From Takakia lepidozioides (Eukaryota; Plantae; Bryophyta): a stretch of DNA of 64,000 nucleotides. The position numbers were made by a program, and so were the translations under genes. The stretch lies in assembly GCA_030704615.1 (NCBI GenBank), contig CM060733.1, positions 31,186,001 to 31,250,000 of the forward strand, given 5' to 3'. The notes beneath the pieces are model-generated. The model searched no databases and was not told the DNA's origin. It saw nothing but the letters and a program-made list of their open reading frames with translations. This document shows, piece after piece, positions 59,475 through 64,000 of the stretch; within the stretch, counting starts at the first letter, position 1, and every line of letters begins with the position of its first letter.

Positions 59475-61953
59475 AGCTATCCTGCCAGATAGTGTTCATC
59501 AAGTATATCAGTCATCTCAATTAAAATGTCACGACTTGTTTCACACACCTTTCAAGGACAGCAGATGCAGATGTTCAGGAAATTTCTGCAGGAGCTAGCT
59601 AAGTCAGAAAACGGCAGGAGAAAATCTTCAACAATGGTAGTGATCTTCAGCAATGGTAGTGGCCCTCGTTATGGTCTTTTCCCATCGTCCAAAAACCTTG
59701 TCCCCTCGCACAGGGTCTCTTGCATTGGGAAATACTAAAACCTGATGAGAACATCTCTATTAAAAATGATCATAATTGGATCAAATTGTGAGTACATCGA
59801 ACTGTGGGACATATTGGCCTGCAGTTCAGCTTCAGGAGACAATAGGATGATCACCGCACTCAGATGACACAAATGGATGGGAGTGTGACTTGCAGGCCCA
59901 GTTTGAGAAGCCTATGCAGATTGCAGGTGGGGAGCAATCAACATAATTACCACTTCCTGGTCATTAAAACTCAAAAGTTCGCCCTGCCACGCTCTGAACG
60001 TGATTGAATCTGGCAAAGGGATAAACAAAGAGCGTATGCAGTCTGTGACTAGCAAACATTTGATGATTTTATGGCACAGAAGGTGAGCACTAGGGGAATG
60101 AACAGAGGGGTTCCAGCGGCAGAGGGGTCACAAACGGAATTCCCTTCAACTGGTGCATCCTGCTTGGCATTGGACCAAGAATGTTTGTGTTGGTTTTGGC
60201 ATGGAGACTAGAATGCCAGTAATTGGGAGCGTACCTTTGCGGGTGCCATAAAGCATGAAGGACGACTCTTGAGAATGGTGCTGCGCAGGCAGAAGAGAGC
60301 CCACTTGCATCATCCGGCGCACACCCAGCAAGCCCCTGCAAGCACCGTAGCAGTGTGAGGAAGGAAGTAGGAGACACACAGCAAGAGGGCGAAAGAAATA
60401 ACAATCTTGAAACATTAATGCAAACTTCAGCCTTTCCCTAGGCGAGGCACGAATGAGATTGATACACCACTCGGCGTCATGATGCGGACCAATGCACAAG
60501 GGCTACAAAGACAAACTCGGAGAGTCATGGGTCGAAGACTGAATCCTCCACCGTAATTCGAAATTGTGAATTCCAATTCCTCGCCAAAACGTGATACAGG
60601 TCCTACGAGATGACCGTTAGAAAAATATTCAGAGTACGACAAAACCCATATATTGCGAAGGAGACAGAGAGGGCCAAATTCACCGCAGCCTTTAAAACTC
60701 CTGGATTTGATCTGTCAGACTTTCAACATGGACACGGAGAAGAGACGCACATATGAACCAACCGTGAATACCGGGGAAGACGCTGACACACAGACTGAAT
60801 GACTTGGCTGGCGCAGTGATGCCACCGCCATAGCCACACCTGCACTCTCTCACCTTCCTCAGGCCGTCGTCTTCCCCTTCTTCCCCCTTGTAACAGGAGA
60901 ATCAGAGGATTGGGGACCCACCCGAAAGGCAGGATTTGGCAACGCCTTTCCTTCGTTTTCTCCACACATCGCAAACTTAGCCTCCCAGTTTTTCAGAAAT
61001 GCTTAAGTGACGACCACCGTTTTGGTGGGCCAGCCCAAAAACGGTATAGGGTGATAGTAATACCCTTCCTACCATGATTCATCCACAGAAACTAACCTTA
61101 CAAAAATATGTAAAGCAGTTTCATTCGGGCCGGCTAATTCTAGAGTGGTCTAGGAATTAGCGCGGTCCAGGAGTTAAAAGAGGGGGCCAATGTAATAAGG
61201 CCACCTGTATTAATTAACAAAATGAAGGGTCCGGAAAAAGACGGTAGGAAGCTAGCTATTAAATAGGGGATGGTTACCTCCTACATCCATATGCCGCCCC
61301 TCAAACTTTCACCATTGCAAGCTGGCGGGGCCACCTGTGAATTCCCATGTGGTGAGAATAACGAGGTGACGGAGTTAGAAAAGTGGCTATATTCCAAGTG
61401 GCACATTCTAACTAGTCCACGTGGGCAAGATTAGGCTCCTGAAATTCATTTGCTGGTGCTTTTTGGTGAAAATGTCGGATTTTACCCCAAGGTAATTCCT
61501 TTGTACAAGTAGCTGACCGAGTTTCCAAGTCGAAATCTGGCGATTTTTTGCCAGAAAAAAAAACTAATTGGTAGATTATAGAAAAACAAAAAAAAACAAA
61601 TAAAATAAAATAAAATGTGGTTTTTCAATATAGAGTCTAAATTTACCCCAAAAAAAGCTTTGACCAAGCTCGACCTGTCAGTTCTGCATTTTCTTGTGGG
61701 AATCCCCAGCATATTCAGATTCCTAAGCCATCCATATGGTTTACGAGGCAAATCTCATCCTCATATGGTGTGGGGTCCTTTGTATGTGAAATTGGGGGGG
61801 TTAAATTACATTTTGAGTATAAATTGTGATATTCTGGCTATGGGGTCCTCAATTTCAACCTGAATTCCTATGGTAATCTTTTGCTATGCAACCATGCATA
61901 CCGATTGGCCAAGAAATATTGGGATTATGATAGTTTCTCCCCCTTAGATATGA

Positions 61954-63259
61954 AAGCCTCTCATTTTAGATTAATTGGGTCTTAAAGTCTCACGTGTGGG
62001 CTAGGCAGCGGGCCCCACGCACGGACGCAGAGTCCCCCGGACCCTACCAGCCACTCAACCGCCGTCAGAGTTTGCCGTGATGGTCTGCCCTAAGTCTCCG
62101 CCAGTCCGATCTGCCCTTGGGGTCTGTCGTCGGGGTCTGCCCGTATGGTCTGCTCTTCTAGTCTGGCCTGGTGGTCTGCCCTTATGGTCTATCTAAGCGA
62201 TCTGTCGAAGTGGTATGCTCTTCTGGTCTGCCCCATGCTGGCAACGTTTTCGGTACAATATGCATTCTATGGAAGGGTCTGTTGGCGGGGTCACTAAGGA
62301 AGGTCCATCCATTTGACCATTTGAATGGTCCCATCTACCGGTGTGTCGATCGGGTCTCTGTCATGCATCCATATGGAAGGTCCACTAGTGTGGGTGGGTG
62401 CGCAATAAATTTCGCCGGATATTCCCACTGGCAAGGTCCACACGCTAGGTCCACCTACAAACAACATGGAAGACACGCAACTCGGAAGCAAATCTGAATT
62501 TTATACAACCAACCATGCACATATGCTTCCGCCATTTTTGCAATGTTGTTCTACACATGGTATATGGAGGACTCGCCTCAAACAAGAGAATGAGACAAAA
62601 GATGATTCACAATTGTTGTCCACTAAAATGACTCACTGAATACTTCCAATTGTTAGTAAAGAGCTACATACTTCCAAAGCAAAAATAGTAGAAGCATATG
62701 AACGAAGGAGGCTACGGCCTGAAACGATGGACTCTGACATTGTGTCGGACGTCCACGACTCCATTGCGCTGAGTCATGCTCCAGGAATCTTCACAACCGC
62801 GCTTACAGCGTCGCAGGAATCTGTTGGGTCCAAACAGTCAAACAAGAAACAACAAAAGGCAAGGAAGACAAAACGAGGAACAAGGGACGATGAAAGAGGA
62901 GGAAACAGAAAGAGAGCAAAGTGGTCGTAGGAGCCGATCGGCTGCGATGCGATGCCCTAAATCCGGACGGTTTGGATAGAACTGGGGTTGGACGGGCAAA
63001 TGCGCACCACGTCTGCTCGGGTCTACGTGGGCTCGGCGTGGTTTGCCGCGGCAAGAAGGGTGGACCCAGCCAACTGCGGGCTGGCAAGGCCGTGGGCGCA
63101 GGGACTGCAGGCAGCACGAGCTGCGGGCCACGGGGGGCTGCGCGGCTGGCTGGTCAGGGGGCTAGGGCGGGGGACGCAGGCCGGCCCCGCATTCACGTCC
63201 ATGCACGCCTGGCCCACACGTGAGACTTTCAGACCCAATTAATCTAAAATGAGAGGCTT
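61954..63259. mobile_element. Non-coding element with 53-bp inverted repeats (superfamily uncertain)
   Basis: 61954-62006 versus the reverse complement of 63207-63259 is 51/53 identical. Internal GGTCTGCCC repeats. No unambiguous TSD. Confidence 0.65.
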
Positions 63260-64000
63260 GATGCCTGACCTAAATTGAAATTATGATTAAGATTGATGTC
63301 CGCGGGGTATATTTATTTCTACTATGGCTCTATACCCGGGCCCAATGGACATCAAGAGTTGAAAAATACCCCATAACCCTGCCCGGAGGGTATAATCAAA
63401 CCCATATACCCACCCAACACTGGTACAGACAAAGACAAATAATCCGAGTTCTCCAAATATCCTCTAGAAATCCCCCACACAAACATCAATCAAGCCCAAT
63501 AACTAAGTTAGGCCCCAAAAGGGCCTGGGCTTAGCTCAGCCTCGTGACTTTCGTAGTTGGTAAACAGAGGTTCAGGAACAATTCCCTTGATGGATTTGAA
63601 GAGGGCGTCTCTCTTGGACATCGATTTGGGAACCACGTAGAGTTTAATACAGAAATGCAAGAGTGATGGTAAAGGGTTCGATCTTGAGCTTTTGATGTCT
63701 ATTTAATGGTGACCTATGAGGTTGCATGAGGCTTGCTAGGCTGACCTTGTTGGGTCGGATTATCTCTCTTCCACCCAGTAGAAAATAGAAGAAAGACAAC
63801 CAATGAGAGGCAAAAAGGTTTGCCCTGCTTCCGTGTCCACTACAACCCATGCAAAGTCTCAAATACAATGTGAATTAATGCATCAAACCACCCTGCAGTA
63901 TGGATGAGTGGTGAATGCTTCCCCAAAGCTTCTATTTCACATCAAATTTGGTTATCCCACTTCCACATCGCAAAACAGGACCAGGAAGGTCAAGATTGGA

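Overview
Eukaryotic nuclear DNA, most likely from a non-seed land plant (PLS-class PPR remnants, GDSL lipase, PI-PLC X, organellar RPL12, spliced DUF1997 gene). About 1-50 kb is a transposon-dense, heavily rearranged block, and about 52-61 kb holds ordinary host genes. The main result is an 11,027-bp Ty3/Gypsy-type retroelement (36594-47620) with four unusual properties. (i) It carries a complete DNMT3-like cytosine-5 methyltransferase between protease and reverse transcriptase, and a PHD finger after integrase (gag-PR-DNMT-[UAG]-RT-RH-IN-PHD). (ii) I see no long terminal repeats: it has only TGTC...GACA ends with a 4-bp TTCC target-site duplication. (iii) A UAG-CAA-CCA (CARYYA) readthrough-type stop directly after the DNMT is shared between copies. 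(iv) A sister fragment preserves a head-to-tail end junction (GACA-gc-TGTC), suggesting a circular or tandem intermediate. Fragments of further copies are shuffled with a chromovirus, a CACTA element and MITEs. All calls were made by eye; no database searches or alignments were run.
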